Shown one piece after another: positions 8,681 through 19,026 of a stretch of DNA of 64,000 bases; position 1 is the first letter of the stretch; every line of letters begins with the position of its first letter. Source of the DNA: Vulcanimicrobiota bacterium. GTDB taxonomy: Bacteria; Vulcanimicrobiota; Vulcanimicrobiia; Vulcanimicrobiales; Vulcanimicrobiaceae. The stretch covers positions 1,600,001-1,664,000 of the forward strand of contig OY968762.1 in NCBI GenBank assembly GCA_963695225.1. Direction: 5' to 3'. The position numbers and the translations under genes were made by a program. The notes below the pieces were generated by a model that saw only the letters and a program-made list of their open reading frames with translations, was not told the DNA's origin and did no database searches.

Positions 8681-9646
8681 TTACCTTGGTTCGGGGACCG
8701 CGATGAGGCCGCCGCGGCGTGCCATCGTTGCGGCGCCGATCGCCCCCGCGTCGTTGCCGAGCATCGCGATCGCGAGCTTCGTGCCGCCGCGCGGGGCCAT
8801 CGTCGTCAACTCTTCGACCTTCGGTTCGAGCGCGCGCAACATAAAATCCCCGGCGCTCGAAACGCCGCCGCCGAGCGCGATCACCTCGGGGCTCAGAAAC
8901 GCGATCACGTTCGCGAGGCCGCGTGCGAGATCGTCGACGTAACGCGACCACGCGGTGAGGCCGTGGAGATCGCCGGCTTCCGCCGCTTTGCGAATCTGCT
9001 TGCTGCCGAGCGGCTTCCCCGGCTTCTTCGGCTCGAGCAACGTGCTGCGCGGGAACGACGGCGCGACGGCGATCGCGTGGCGCAAGAGCCCCGTCCCCGA
9101 GGCTTGGGCCTCGAAACAGCCGGTCTTCCCGCAGCCGCAGATGAAACCGTCGAGCGGCCGGATTTGATGGTGCCCTATCTCTCCCGCGCCGCCGTTGAGC
9201 CCGAGCACCAGCGTTCCCGCCGCGACGATCCCGCCGCCGATTCCGGTTCCGAGCGTCAAGAGAACGAAGTTCCCGGTCCCTTTGCCGCACCCGAACGTGT
9301 ACTCGCCGAGCGTCGCGCAGCGGGCATCGTTCCCGATGTGGACGGGGATACGGAAGCGTTTGCGCAACGCGTCGCCGAGCGGCACGTTCGTCCAGCCGAA
9401 GTTCGGAGAATAGCGGATCGTCCCGGTCGCTAAGTCGATGTTCCCGGGGGAGCCGAGGCCGATCGCACGCGCCTCGGGGTGTCGCTGGAGCACCTCCGTG
9501 ACGGTCTCTTCGACGGTCTTAACTACGGCTTCGAAGTTACGGTCGACGATATCCCGCGCGCTGCGGTCGCGGATCTCCCCTTCTTCGTCGACGAACGCCG
9601 CCAGAACGTGCGAGCCACCGAGATCGACACCAATCGTCGCCGTCAT
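8681..9646 (-). CDS. ROK family sugar kinase (glucokinase-like)
   Basis: IGVDLGGS, NDARCATLGE, TLGTGIGGG, GEIGH, CGCGKTGCFE zinc motif. Confidence 0.9.
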   Translation of the reverse strand: MTATIGVDLGGSHVLAAFVDEEGEIRDRSARDIVDRNFEAVVKTVEETVTEVLQRHPEARAIGLGSPGNIDLATGTIRYSPNFGWTNVPLGDALRKRFRIPVHIGNDARCATLGEYTFGCGKGTGNFVLLTLGTGIGGGIVAAGTLVLGLNGGAGEIGHHQIRPLDGFICGCGKTGCFEAQASGTGLLRHAIAVAPSFPRSTLLEPKKPGKPLGSKQIRKAAEAGDLHGLTAWSRYVDDLARGLANVIAFLSPEVIALGGGVSSAGDFMLRALEPKVEELTTMAPRGGTKLAIAMLGNDAGAIGAATMARRGGLIAVPEPR

Positions 9647-9717
9647 ACCGGCGCCTTCGCGCCGCAAACGCTGATCCATGCCTAGGTCGCCCACGCGGCG
9701 CCCCCGAAGGGCCTCGC

Positions 9718-10428
9718 ATGCAAGAGACGATCGATCTGATCGCGCACGCGGCGGCGCGCGAATTGCGTGCATTCACGCGACAGACGGGTCAGCCGACAAC
9801 GCTCGAGCTCTTCGATCTCGAACCGATGCACAACGTGCAAGAAATCGAGATAACCGAAGAGCACGTGACGATCACCTACAACCAGAAGATCGAGCACCGC
9901 TACAACGCGAAGACGGTCGTCCAGAAGGAATGGTCGTACAAGTACAACGACGATCCTGAGTTCGTACGCGCGGTCGGCGCCGTGATCGACCTCGCGCGCA
10001 AGCACCTGCGCGACATGCCCGAGAACGCCGCTTGCCCGCCGGGCTGCGCCGAGTGCTGCAGCGGATACGAGCCGTTCGTGAGCCGCGAGGACGTGCAGCG
10101 GATCGCCGACCATTTGGGCTTGGGCTACGAGCGCGCGCTGAAGGATTACGTCGTGCGCCGCCGCTCCGCGGACGGGTTCGTCGTGGGCTACCTGCGCAAA
10201 GTCACCGAAGACGTCGCCTCGCAGTGCGTCTTCCTCAAAGGTAGCGGCTCGGGGAAGTACTATTGCGGGATCTACGAAGCCCGGCCGCACGATTGCCGCG
10301 CGTTCACGCCGATCGAGTGCGAAGACGTCGACGATTCGCTCCCGCGCGCAGGCGAATACAAGAGCGGCCCTCCGTTCCGGCCGCGCCGCGCCGCGGCGAA
10401 GAAGGCGGCCGGGCGGCGCAAGACCTAG
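9718..10428 (+). CDS. YkgJ family cysteine-cluster protein
   Basis: CPPGCAECC, CVFL, CGIYEARPHDCRAF. Confidence 0.8.
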   Translation: MQETIDLIAHAAARELRAFTRQTGQPTTLELFDLEPMHNVQEIEITEEHVTITYNQKIEHRYNAKTVVQKEWSYKYNDDPEFVRAVGAVIDLARKHLRDMPENAACPPGCAECCSGYEPFVSREDVQRIADHLGLGYERALKDYVVRRRSADGFVVGYLRKVTEDVASQCVFLKGSGSGKYYCGIYEARPHDCRAFTPIECEDVDDSLPRAGEYKSGPPFRPRRAAAKKAAGRRKT

Positions 10429-10471
10429 ACGCGCGGGCGCCCGAGCGCCCGAGAAAGGCTGGATTGCAGCG

Positions 10472-11056
10472 ATGGAGACGAAGCCGAGGGAACCGTCGCG
10501 CTTCGGCGAGACGCCCGAGCACGAGTTACCGCCCGACATCGCCGAGATCTACGCGAAGTACCGTGAGAAGCTCGGGTTCGTGCCGAACGTCTTTCGCGCG
10601 TACTCGCGGCGTCCCGAGCACTTCCGCGCGTTCATGCATTATCACGACGTGCTGATGCGGGGCGATGGCGGCCTTTCCCGCACCGAGCGCGAGGCGATCG
10701 TCGTCGCGGTCTCAGCGGAGAACCTCTGCCAATACTGCGTGACCTCGCACGGCGCGGCCCTGCGGATCCTGGGAAAGGATCCGGTCCTGGCCGACCAGAT
10801 CGCGATCGACTGGCGGACGGCGCAACTCTCGCCGCGCTGGCGGGCGATGCTCGGCTTCGCCTCGCGCGTGAACGAGCCCGGCTTCTCGGCGAGCGACGCC
10901 GAGATCGACGAACTGCGCGAGGCCGGCTTCGGAGACGACGACATCTGGGACATCGCCGCGATCGCAGCCTTCTTCGGGTTCTCGAATCGCATGGCGGGTA
11001 TGATGGATATGCGACCGAATCACGAATTCCACGAGATGGGACGGCCCGCGAGGTAG
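10472..11056 (+). CDS. Peroxidase-related enzyme (AhpD/CMD family)
   Basis: LGFVPNVF, EREAIVVAVS..N.CQYCVTSH, AFFGFSNR. Confidence 0.88.
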   Translation: METKPREPSRFGETPEHELPPDIAEIYAKYREKLGFVPNVFRAYSRRPEHFRAFMHYHDVLMRGDGGLSRTEREAIVVAVSAENLCQYCVTSHGAALRILGKDPVLADQIAIDWRTAQLSPRWRAMLGFASRVNEPGFSASDAEIDELREAGFGDDDIWDIAAIAAFFGFSNRMAGMMDMRPNHEFHEMGRPAR

Positions 11057-11089
11057 AACCACCTAGCCTACGTGTGGAGGAGCCTACGA

Positions 11090-11464
11090 ATGACCACGAC
11101 GACGATGCGCGTCACCGGAATCGACGCGACGTACTACACGACGAAGGATCTCGACCGCGCGACGAAGTTCTACACCGGCTTGCTCGGCACCGAGCCGACG
11201 ATGCACGCGCCGAATTTCGTCAGCGAATGGACGTTCCCGAACGGTGAATCGTTCGGGCTCTATATGCTCCAGGCCGACGAACCGTTCAGCGCTTCGAGCG
11301 GCGTGATGTTCGCCGTCGACGACGTCCCCGCGTACGTCGCGGCGGCGAAGGCGCGCGGCGTCGCGTTCTCGGGCGAGGGAGCCGTCACCGACACGCCGGT
11401 CTGCCACATGGCCTTCGGATCGGACGAAGAGGGGAACGGCTTCATCCTACACCGCCGCAAGTAG
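11090..11464 (+). CDS. VOC/glyoxalase family protein
   Basis: DLDRATKFY..LLG, FAVDDV, DEEGN; GGAGG RBS upstream. Confidence 0.8.
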   Translation: MTTTTMRVTGIDATYYTTKDLDRATKFYTGLLGTEPTMHAPNFVSEWTFPNGESFGLYMLQADEPFSASSGVMFAVDDVPAYVAAAKARGVAFSGEGAVTDTPVCHMAFGSDEEGNGFILHRRK

Positions 11465-11466
11465 GG

Positions 11467-11838
11467 TCACTGGACCCCGGGCGGGCGCGGCGGGCGGGCC
11501 TCGGCGAAGCGGCCCGTGCTCCACGCGAGGTAGACGAGTGCGAAGAACAACGCCGAAGGGAGGATCACGTGCACGCCGCCGTCGATCCGCCCCGCCGTCA
11601 CGACCGCGCCGACCATGATCGTCCCGAGGACGAGCGCGACGGGGCGCGTAAGCGCCCCGATCGCGAGCAAGAGGCCGCAAACGACTTCCACGGCGCCGAC
11701 GAGAAGCGCGAAGGGGCCGGGTTCCGGGAGCTGCCAGTGCGCGAACTGCTGCGCCGCCGCAGCGTGAGCGGCGAGCTTCGAGGCGCCCGCTGCGATGAAT
11801 GCGAGCCCGGCAAGCACGCGCAGGGTCGCGCGGATCAT
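11467..11838 (-). CDS. DoxX family membrane protein
   Basis: MIRATLRVLAGLAFIAAG..KL, VEVVCGLLLAIG..TR. Confidence 0.8.
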   Translation of the reverse strand: MIRATLRVLAGLAFIAAGASKLAAHAAAAQQFAHWQLPEPGPFALLVGAVEVVCGLLLAIGALTRPVALVLGTIMVGAVVTAGRIDGGVHVILPSALFFALVYLAWSTGRFAEARPPRPPGVQ

Positions 11839-12824
11839 CAGATCGCTCCGCTTCCCCCCGTGAGGATCGAGGCGTAGCGGGCGGGATCGACGTTGCCGCC
11901 GCTGACGACGATTCCGACGCGCCGCCCGCGCAGAGCGAGCTTCCCCGCGAGCAGCGCCGCAAGCGCGGCGGCGCCGCTCGGTTCGACGACGAGCTTGAGG
12001 CGCTCGAACGCGAAGCGCATCGCGCCGCGCAGGGCGTCGTCGGAGACGGTGAGGATCCCCGCGCACAACCGGCGCACGATCGGAAACGTCAGTTCCCCCG
12101 GCGCGACCGTTTGTTGGCCGTCCGCGATCGTCCGCGGGACCGGGATCGTCACGCGCTCCCCGCGCGCGAACGATTGCGCGAAATCGTCGCCTGCCTCCGG
12201 CTCGACGCCGTAAATCGCGATCCCGGCGCGCAGGTGCGCCGCCGCTACCGCGCAGCCCGCGAGCAGCCCGCCGCCGCCCACCGGCACGAGCAGCGCGTCG
12301 AGGCCGGGGGCTTCCTGCAGAAGCTCGAGCGCCGTCGTCCCCTGCCCCGCGATGATCGCCACATCGTCGTACGGGGGGACGAGGGTCGCGCCCCGTTCGC
12401 GCGCCAGCGCGGCGGCGAGATCGGCTCGATGCGACCGCTCGCGATCGAAGAAGATCACCTCGGCGCCGTACTCGCGCGTCGCCGCGACCTTCGCGGCGGG
12501 CGCGTCCTCGGGCATCAGGATCGTGGCCGGGATCCCGAGCAGCTGCGCGGCGAGCGCGACGCCTTGCGCGTGATTCCCGCTCGAATACGCGACGACGCCG
12601 CGTTCGCGCTCCGCCTCCGAGAGTTGAGCGAGACGGTTGAACGCGCCGCGGAACTTGAAGGCCCCCATCCGTTGCAGGTTCTCGCACTTCAGGTACGCTT
12701 CGGCGCCCGTAACCCGGTCGAGCGTGCGGGAGGTCACGACCGGCGTCCTGTGCGCCACGCCTCGCAAACGAGCGGCGGCCGCGACGACATCGTCGAAGCC
12801 GATCGCTAGTTCGTCCGCGGTCAC
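11838..12824 (-). CDS. PLP-dependent threonine/serine dehydratase family (threo-3-hydroxyaspartate ammonia-lyase-like)
   Basis: KCENLQRMGAFKFRGA, SSGNHAQG, PVGGGGL, VEPSGA, SGGNVD. Confidence 0.9.
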   Translation of the reverse strand: MTADELAIGFDDVVAAAARLRGVAHRTPVVTSRTLDRVTGAEAYLKCENLQRMGAFKFRGAFNRLAQLSEAERERGVVAYSSGNHAQGVALAAQLLGIPATILMPEDAPAAKVAATREYGAEVIFFDRERSHRADLAAALARERGATLVPPYDDVAIIAGQGTTALELLQEAPGLDALLVPVGGGGLLAGCAVAAAHLRAGIAIYGVEPEAGDDFAQSFARGERVTIPVPRTIADGQQTVAPGELTFPIVRRLCAGILTVSDDALRGAMRFAFERLKLVVEPSGAAALAALLAGKLALRGRRVGIVVSGGNVDPARYASILTGGSGAI

Positions 12825-13207
12825 TGCGCCGGGCTCTCGCTCGCAGGATGGATGTGGAACGCGGCGATCTTCCCGTCGCCGTCGAGCGTCATATCCTCGA
12901 TGCGCGTTCCGCGCTCGAACTCGGCGACGAACCGGTGCGTCCCCGCGGGCGCCCCGGCCGGCGTGTTCTCCTTCGTGCGCTTGAAGCTCCCGAGCGGGGC
13001 GAGTTGATCGGAGAGGCGGCCCACGCGCTCGCGCTCCATCAGCTTCGGCCGCACGATCGCGTTGAACTCGGGGGCGACGGGCCGCATATCGTTCGCGACG
13101 ATGGCCCGCGTCACTTGATCCGCGAGTTTCTCGGCATGGTTCTCGCCCGCGCATCCAGCCAGGACCGGCACGACGGCCACGACCGCGATCGGGACGAGAC
13201 GTTTCAC
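12821..13207 (-). CDS. Hypothetical lipoprotein
   Basis: GTG start overlapping the prfC stop; lipobox LAGC; stop overlaps the next start. Confidence 0.7.
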   Translation of the reverse strand: MKRLVPIAVVAVVPVLAGCAGENHAEKLADQVTRAIVANDMRPVAPEFNAIVRPKLMERERVGRLSDQLAPLGSFKRTKENTPAGAPAGTHRFVAEFERGTRIEDMTLDGDGKIAAFHIHPASESPAQ

Positions 13208-14847
13208 GAAGCAACCTCCAACGACGCATCCGCGCCCGTCTGCGCGTCGAAATCGGCAAACGCCAGCGCCGGGTTCCACTCGCGGGCGAGTCCCACGCTC
13301 CATTCGCTCTCGAAGAGCGCAACCGGTTTGCCGGCCCAATCGTCGACGAGTTTCGCGTTCGAAGGCCAGCTCGCGCCGGCGATCGCCTCGGGTTCGCCGA
13401 GCACGCGGAGCGCAAGGCGATATGGAAGTCCGGTAAACGCGGTCCTCACGCCGTATTCCGATTCGATCCTGTACTTCGCGACCTCGAATTGGAGTTCGCC
13501 GACCGCGCCGAAGATCGGCTCGCTATGGACCTGCCCGGCCGGGAAGAAGACCTGGATGGCGCCTTCCTCGCGCAACTGCGCGAGCGCTTTCTGGAACGAC
13601 TTGTACGCCGACGTGTCGATGCTCCGAACCGAGGCGAAGTGCTCGGGCGCGAACGTGGGGATCGGATCGAAGCGCAGCGGCGGGCCGCTGCACAGCGTAT
13701 CCCCGATCGCGAAGCTGCCCGGATTCGCCAGGCCGACGACGTCGCCCGCGTACGCTTCGTCGACGACCTCGCGCTCGCTCGCGAACAGCTTCATCGCGCG
13801 CGTGAGCCGCACGTCCTTCCCCGTACGCACGTTGCGGACGGTCATGTCGCGTTCGAACCTTCCGCTGCAGACGCGCACGAACGCGACGCGGTCGCGATGG
13901 CGGGGGTCCATGTTCGCCTGGATCTTGAAGACGAAGCCGGAGAAATTCTCCGAAACCGGCGGAACGGGCTCGCGTTCGCTTTCGGTGCCGGAGGCCGCCA
14001 TGCGCGGCGTCGGCGGCGGCGCGGTCGCGATGAAACCGTCGAGGAACAGTTCCACGCCGAAGTTCGTCACGGCACTTCCGAAGTAGACGGGTGTCGATTC
14101 GCCCGCAATGAACGCGTCCCGGTCGAACCGTTCTCCCGCACCGTCGAGGAGTTCGAGGGAGTCGCGGAATTCGGCGAGCGTCGTCGCGTCGGTCAGCTCC
14201 GCGATGCGCGGGTCGCTTTCTCCCGTTACCCGCACCGGCGCGCGTTTCGCGCCGTGCGTCGTGCGTTCGAAGAGATGCACCTCGCGCGTCGTGCGGTCGA
14301 AGACGCCGCGAAACGAGGGTCCGTTGCCGATCGGCCAATTGACGGGGAACGCGCCGATCCCCAAGACTTTTTCCAGTTCGTCCAGGAGTTCGAGCGGATC
14401 GCGGCTCGGGCGGTCCATCTTGTTGATGAACGTGAAGAGCGGGATGCGCCGGGCGCGGCAGATCGCGAACAGCTTTTTCGTCTGCGGTTCGACGCCCTTG
14501 GCCGCGTCGATCAGCATTACCGCGCTGTCGGCGGCGAGCAGCGTGCGGTAGGTATCCTCGCCGAAATCTTGGTGCCCCGGCGTGTCGAGCAGGTTGAGCG
14601 TGAACCCTTTGTACGGGAACTGGAGGACGGTCGAGGTGATCGAGATCCCACGCTCCTTCTCGAGTTCCATCCAGTCCGAGGTCGCGGAGCGTGCCTTGCG
14701 CCTGGCGGCGACCTGGCCCGCCGTCGCGATCGCCCCGCCGTAGAGGAGCAGCTTTTCGGTGAGCGTCGTCTTGCCCGCGTCCGGGTGCGAGATGATCGCG
14801 AACGTGCGGCGCCGCGAAACCTCCTCGGAGATGTCCATTGGGCTCAT
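13204..14847 (-). CDS. prfC: Peptide chain release factor 3
   Basis: RRRTFAIISHPDAGKTTLTEKLLL, DTPGHQDF, NKMD, FKIQANMDPRHRDR. Confidence 0.97.
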   Translation of the reverse strand: MSPMDISEEVSRRRTFAIISHPDAGKTTLTEKLLLYGGAIATAGQVAARRKARSATSDWMELEKERGISITSTVLQFPYKGFTLNLLDTPGHQDFGEDTYRTLLAADSAVMLIDAAKGVEPQTKKLFAICRARRIPLFTFINKMDRPSRDPLELLDELEKVLGIGAFPVNWPIGNGPSFRGVFDRTTREVHLFERTTHGAKRAPVRVTGESDPRIAELTDATTLAEFRDSLELLDGAGERFDRDAFIAGESTPVYFGSAVTNFGVELFLDGFIATAPPPTPRMAASGTESEREPVPPVSENFSGFVFKIQANMDPRHRDRVAFVRVCSGRFERDMTVRNVRTGKDVRLTRAMKLFASEREVVDEAYAGDVVGLANPGSFAIGDTLCSGPPLRFDPIPTFAPEHFASVRSIDTSAYKSFQKALAQLREEGAIQVFFPAGQVHSEPIFGAVGELQFEVAKYRIESEYGVRTAFTGLPYRLALRVLGEPEAIAGASWPSNAKLVDDWAGKPVALFESEWSVGLAREWNPALAFADFDAQTGADASLEVAS

Positions 14848-14875
14848 CGATTCGCCGCAGCGGGCGCGAAAGCCG

Positions 14876-15385
14876 TCACGCGAGATTCGGACAGGCTCCC
14901 CAGCCGGGGCCGCGCCGCGTCCGGTAGGTGCGCAAGGTCGTGACGTTGCGCCTCCGTTCGATGAGCGCGAGGCCCTCGTCGAGCACGTAGAGTTCCGCCG
15001 GAGGCGGGACGCGCAGCCGGTCGCCCGAGCGCTCGACGCGCACGTCGCCGGCGCCCGAAATCAGGCGGCAGCTTCCGCTCGCGACGCCGCTCCCGGCGGC
15101 GACGCGCGCGCTGCGCGCGGGGAGCCGCGCGCGTATCTCCGCCTCGCCGCCGCGCCGCACGGCGCACTGGCGCAGGCACTCGGGGAGCGCCGAGAGCGCC
15201 TAGGCCGCCTCGAGCGCGAGCGCCGCCGAGGGGCGCGCTTCCGGCGCGTTCGTCGCCGCCGGGCGTCCGGCGGGCGATGCGCTCACCGAAGCGATCTCGA
15301 GCGGGCGCTGCGGCCGGTGGAGCGGCGCGAACAACGCGATCGCCCCGAGGACGATCGCCGTCGCGATCAGGAGGTAACGCCACAT
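14876..15385 (-). pseudogene. Membrane-anchored hypothetical protein interrupted by one in-frame TAG (15200-15202)
   Basis: ORFs 15200-15385 and 14876-15160 are in the same frame and the codons between them are open: ...ALEAA*ALSALPECLRQCAVRRGG... Confidence 0.5.
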
Positions 15386-15388
15386 TCG

Positions 15389-16387
15389 CTAGCGCGCGCG
15401 GGCGGCGTGGCCGAGCCGCACGATGACCTCTTGCGGCGCGACGTGCGCGGCGCGCGCGAGCGCATCGAGATCCGTCTCCGCGTGAATGAGCGCGACCGAT
15501 CCTTCCGTGAACCCTTCGGGGCGCAGGAGCGTGGCATACTGCATGCCGACGAAGATGAATCCGTCCTTCGTCCCGACCGCACGCGGGAAACCGTCGCCGT
15601 AACCGCACCGGGCGATCGCGAGCGTCCCTCGCTTCGGCGCCGACCTCGTGCCGTAGCCGACGCGCTGGCCGCGTGCGGGGATGTGGTCGACGATCGCCGC
15701 CTGCACGCGCAGCGCCGATTTCACTCCGGGCGGCCCGACGCCGAAGCGGAATCCGAAGAGCGCCGCGCCGAGCCGGACGTTGCTCCCCTCGCTCTTCCCG
15801 GCGGCGGCCGAACCGGAACTTTCGATATCGTGGCCGACGACGTTCGCGCCCGCGGCGCGAAGCGTCGCGAGACTCTGCTCGAAGACCGCGCGATGCTCGT
15901 CCTCGCTCGTGGGATCGCTCACGTGCGTCCAGACCTCGACCTCACAGCCGACCGCGGCGAGCGCCGCGCCGAACTCCGCGACGTCGGGCGGATCGATTCC
16001 GGACCAGCCGATCGAGGGCCGGATCCCGACCCGAATGCGCGCGGAGCGAGCGCGAGCGCGCGACCACGCGCGCACGGCTTCGAGCCCTTCGTGGGTCGAA
16101 ACGTTCGGGATGCCTCCCGCGTCGAGCACGCGGGCGAGTTCCCGCGGCGGGATATCCGAGAGCGTCAGCACGCTGCGCGACGTCAACGCGCGCACGGCAA
16201 AGAACTCGTCGATGTCGGCGACGATGAAGGCGTCGACGGCGTTCTCGAGCGCGTTGACCACGGTTCGGAAACCCCAGCCGTATCCGTCGCCCTTCACGAC
16301 CGCGCGCACCGGAACGCCGCAGTGCTCTCTCCACTCGCGCGCGTTCGCGCGGAGCGCCGGCACGTCGAGCGCGATTTGCGGTTTCAT
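15389..16387 (-). CDS. alr: Alanine racemase
   Basis: ALRANA, PLP-lysine motif AVVKGDGYGWG, VRLGAALFG, GQRVGYG, GYGDGFPR. Confidence 0.85.
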   Translation of the reverse strand: MKPQIALDVPALRANAREWREHCGVPVRAVVKGDGYGWGFRTVVNALENAVDAFIVADIDEFFAVRALTSRSVLTLSDIPPRELARVLDAGGIPNVSTHEGLEAVRAWSRARARSARIRVGIRPSIGWSGIDPPDVAEFGAALAAVGCEVEVWTHVSDPTSEDEHRAVFEQSLATLRAAGANVVGHDIESSGSAAAGKSEGSNVRLGAALFGFRFGVGPPGVKSALRVQAAIVDHIPARGQRVGYGTRSAPKRGTLAIARCGYGDGFPRAVGTKDGFIFVGMQYATLLRPEGFTEGSVALIHAETDLDALARAAHVAPQEVIVRLGHAARAR

Positions 16388-16824
16388 CGTAACGTCATCG
16401 AGGCGACCGTATCGCCGGAGGGCGTGACGACGTCGACGATCGAGCCGGGCCGGTAGACCGCGTTCGGGATCACCCACAGCGTGTACGTGTGATACTCGCT
16501 CGAAGGCGCGCCGCCGCCCGCCGTGGGCCGTTCGAACGCGACGATGCGCACCCGATCCGCGTTCGCGCGAATCGATTCTATCACTTGGCGGTAACCGGTC
16601 TCCCGATGCGGCCCCATGAGGAGCACGACGCCGAACTCGTGATTGAACGTGATCTGCGCGCGAATGCCGAGCTCTTCGAGGTCGCGCGTCGAACGCACGA
16701 CGGCGATCTGACTCGTCCGCGCGGCGGACGTCGTCCCTTGTGCATACTCCTTCACGCGCACCTCGCGGCAACCCGCAAGGGAGAGAGCCAACGCGGCGAG
16801 CGCGAGAAATCTCAGCTTACGCAT
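16384..16824 (-). CDS. Lipoprotein, possible PrcB-like (protease stability complex) domain
   Basis: MRKLRFLALAALALSLAGC lipobox; short beta-rich domain with LMG...TGY pattern. Confidence 0.6.
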   Translation of the reverse strand: MRKLRFLALAALALSLAGCREVRVKEYAQGTTSAARTSQIAVVRSTRDLEELGIRAQITFNHEFGVVLLMGPHRETGYRQVIESIRANADRVRIVAFERPTAGGGAPSSEYHTYTLWVIPNAVYRPGSIVDVVTPSGDTVASMTLR

Positions 16825-17158
16825 CGCGAGCGCTGTTCGCGCGTAGTCCGGACCGGCCTCTTCCGAGCGTGATATTCCGGCCCGCCGTGCGACAATCGTA
16901 GCAGATGCGGATGCGCGCGAACTCCGCATCGAGCGTGCCTACTAAGAGAAGGAACCGCTCGAACGGCTGCAACCCACTCCCACTTCCACAGGTCGGAAGC
17001 GGAAAACCTACGAAAGATCGTTGGAACACCGAAGTATCGCATTCTGAAGACCGCGAATGATTTCGAGGCGCGCGTTAATGAAGTTGGTTCCGACAAAAGT
17101 CGGCCCGTCTCCCACTCGGAACACATCATCGGCGGTCGAAACGACGGGCGGGAACGCG

Positions 17159-18097
17159 GTGCGCTGGTTCCGCAGGCTCGCGATTTCGGCCGCCACGCTC
17201 GCGTTCGCGCTAGCCGTCCTGGGCAGTTGGGTGCGCATCAACGGGGCCGGCATGACCTGCCCGGATTGGCCGTTGTGCAACGGGAAGCTGATTCCGGCGA
17301 TGGGCGGCGGGGTCGTGCTCGAGTGGTCGCATCGATTCGTCGCATTCATCGAGGGCTTGGTCGTGCTCGGTCTCTTCGTCGCGGGTTGGAACGTACGCGA
17401 GCGCATCGCGGCGGTCGGACCGATGCTCGGCGCGCTCGGGCTCGCTTTCCTCGCGCAAGTCGCTCTCGGCGGAGCGACCGTCCAGCTTGCGAATAGCCCG
17501 CTCTCCGTGACGCTGCACTGGGCGGCGGCGATGGTGCTGCTCGCGCTCCTCGCGACGCTCGCGCTCCTCGCCGTCCTCGCCCCGCCTCCCGGAAGCCGTT
17601 TCGCGCCGAGATCGCACGGGCTCGCGCTCGCAACCGCGGCGCTCCTCGGATTCGTCGCGATGTGCATCGGGTCGTACGTCAGCTCGAGCTTCGCGGGCCT
17701 CGCGTGCGCGACGTTCCCGGATTGCAACGGAACGCTCTTCGGGCGCAACGGAGCCGAGCTCGCGCAGATGCTGCACCGGCTCTTCGCCGGCGCGTTCGCG
17801 CTCGCCGCGCTCGTCGCACTCCGGCTCGCTTTCGTGCGCGGCTCGCGCCTCGTGCGCCTCTTCGCGGGCATCGGCGGGACGCTCACGGTCGTCCAGATCG
17901 CGCTCGGAGCGGCGAACGTCGCCTGGCTCTTGCCGACGGCGTTGCGCGAGGCGCACGCCGCAAACGCGAGCGCGACGTTCGTCGCGTTCGTGATCGCCGC
18001 GGCCGCGGCCGCGTGCGAGCCCGCCCGCGCCCGATTGCGCAGCGTCCCCGCGAAAGGCGCGCGCGAGCGGACGCGACGCGTGGTGCGAAGCGCATGA
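17159..18097 (+). CDS. ctaA: Heme A synthase (COX15/CtaA)
   Basis: LGSWVR..GAGMTCPDWPLC, LEWSHR, second Cys pair CATFPDC, QMLHR. Confidence 0.88.
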   Translation: MRWFRRLAISAATLAFALAVLGSWVRINGAGMTCPDWPLCNGKLIPAMGGGVVLEWSHRFVAFIEGLVVLGLFVAGWNVRERIAAVGPMLGALGLAFLAQVALGGATVQLANSPLSVTLHWAAAMVLLALLATLALLAVLAPPPGSRFAPRSHGLALATAALLGFVAMCIGSYVSSSFAGLACATFPDCNGTLFGRNGAELAQMLHRLFAGAFALAALVALRLAFVRGSRLVRLFAGIGGTLTVVQIALGAANVAWLLPTALREAHAANASATFVAFVIAAAAAACEPARARLRSVPAKGARERTRRVVRSA

Positions 18098-19026
18098 ACT
18101 CGACGATCGCGCGCCTGGACGGCCGCCTTCCCATCCAACTGGCCGGCTGGCGCGGCACGCTCGTCGATTATTACGAGCTGACGAAACCGCGCATCATCCT
18201 CTTGCTGCTGGTCACGACGGCCGCGTCGATGGTGATGGCGGCGCGCGGCCTCCCGCCGCTCGGGACCCTCGTCGCGACGCTCGTCGCCGGCGCGCTCGCG
18301 GCGGGTTCCTCCGGCGCGTTCAACTGCGCGATCGACCGCGACATCGACCCCTTGATGCGCCGTACGATGATGCGCCCCATCCCGCTCGGCCGCATCACGC
18401 CGCGGCAGGCGCTCGTCTTCGCGACGGCCACGGGGATCGTCTCGTTCGCTTTGTTCTACCTCTGCGTCAACGCGTTCTCGGCCTGGCTTTCGCTCGGCGG
18501 CGAGTTGTATTACGTCGTGATCTACTCGCTCTGGCTCAAGCGCGTGACCACCGCGAACATCGTCATCGGCGGGGCGTCCGGCGCGATCCCGGCGCTCGTC
18601 GGCTGGGCCGCAGTCACGAACTCGATCGGATGGCCCGCGCTCGGCCTCTTCGCGCTCGTCTTTTTTTGGACGCCGCCCCATTTCTGGTCCCTGGCGCTCA
18701 TGGTCGAGACCGATTATCACAAAGCGAACATCCCGATGCTACCGAACGTGTACGGCGTCCGGCGGACCAAAATCGAGATATTCGCCTACACGGTCGTCCT
18801 GGTCGCCGGCTCCCTGGCTCTGACCTTTCTCGGAGTCTTCGGCGCCCTGTATTTCGGCGCGGCGGCCGTTTTGGGCGGGATTTTCCTCTACAAGGCATAT
18901 ATGATCTTTGCCGGGCCGACCAAGCAACGGGCTAGGAGCACGTTCCGGTACTCCCTCCTCTATCTGGCGCTGATGAGCGCCGTCATGGTGATCGACAGGC
19001 TCGTTGCCGTCATCCCGCATCACTGA
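18094..19026 (+). CDS. ctaB: Protoheme IX farnesyltransferase (heme O synthase)
   Basis: ELTKPRI, NCAIDRDID..M.RT..RP, NIVIGG, FWTPPHFWSL, IPMLP. Confidence 0.95.
   Translation: MNSTIARLDGRLPIQLAGWRGTLVDYYELTKPRIILLLLVTTAASMVMAARGLPPLGTLVATLVAGALAAGSSGAFNCAIDRDIDPLMRRTMMRPIPLGRITPRQALVFATATGIVSFALFYLCVNAFSAWLSLGGELYYVVIYSLWLKRVTTANIVIGGASGAIPALVGWAAVTNSIGWPALGLFALVFFWTPPHFWSLALMVETDYHKANIPMLPNVYGVRRTKIEIFAYTVVLVAGSLALTFLGVFGALYFGAAAVLGGIFLYKAYMIFAGPTKQRARSTFRYSLLYLALMSAVMVIDRLVAVIPHH

Noticed and set aside
16850..17150. Short hairpins (16904-16930, 16929-16962) and small ORFs in the lipoprotein-ctaA divergent region
   Set aside because: Stems of 7-8 bp are expected by chance at this GC content, I recognise no riboswitch consensus, and the ORFs lack coding features.
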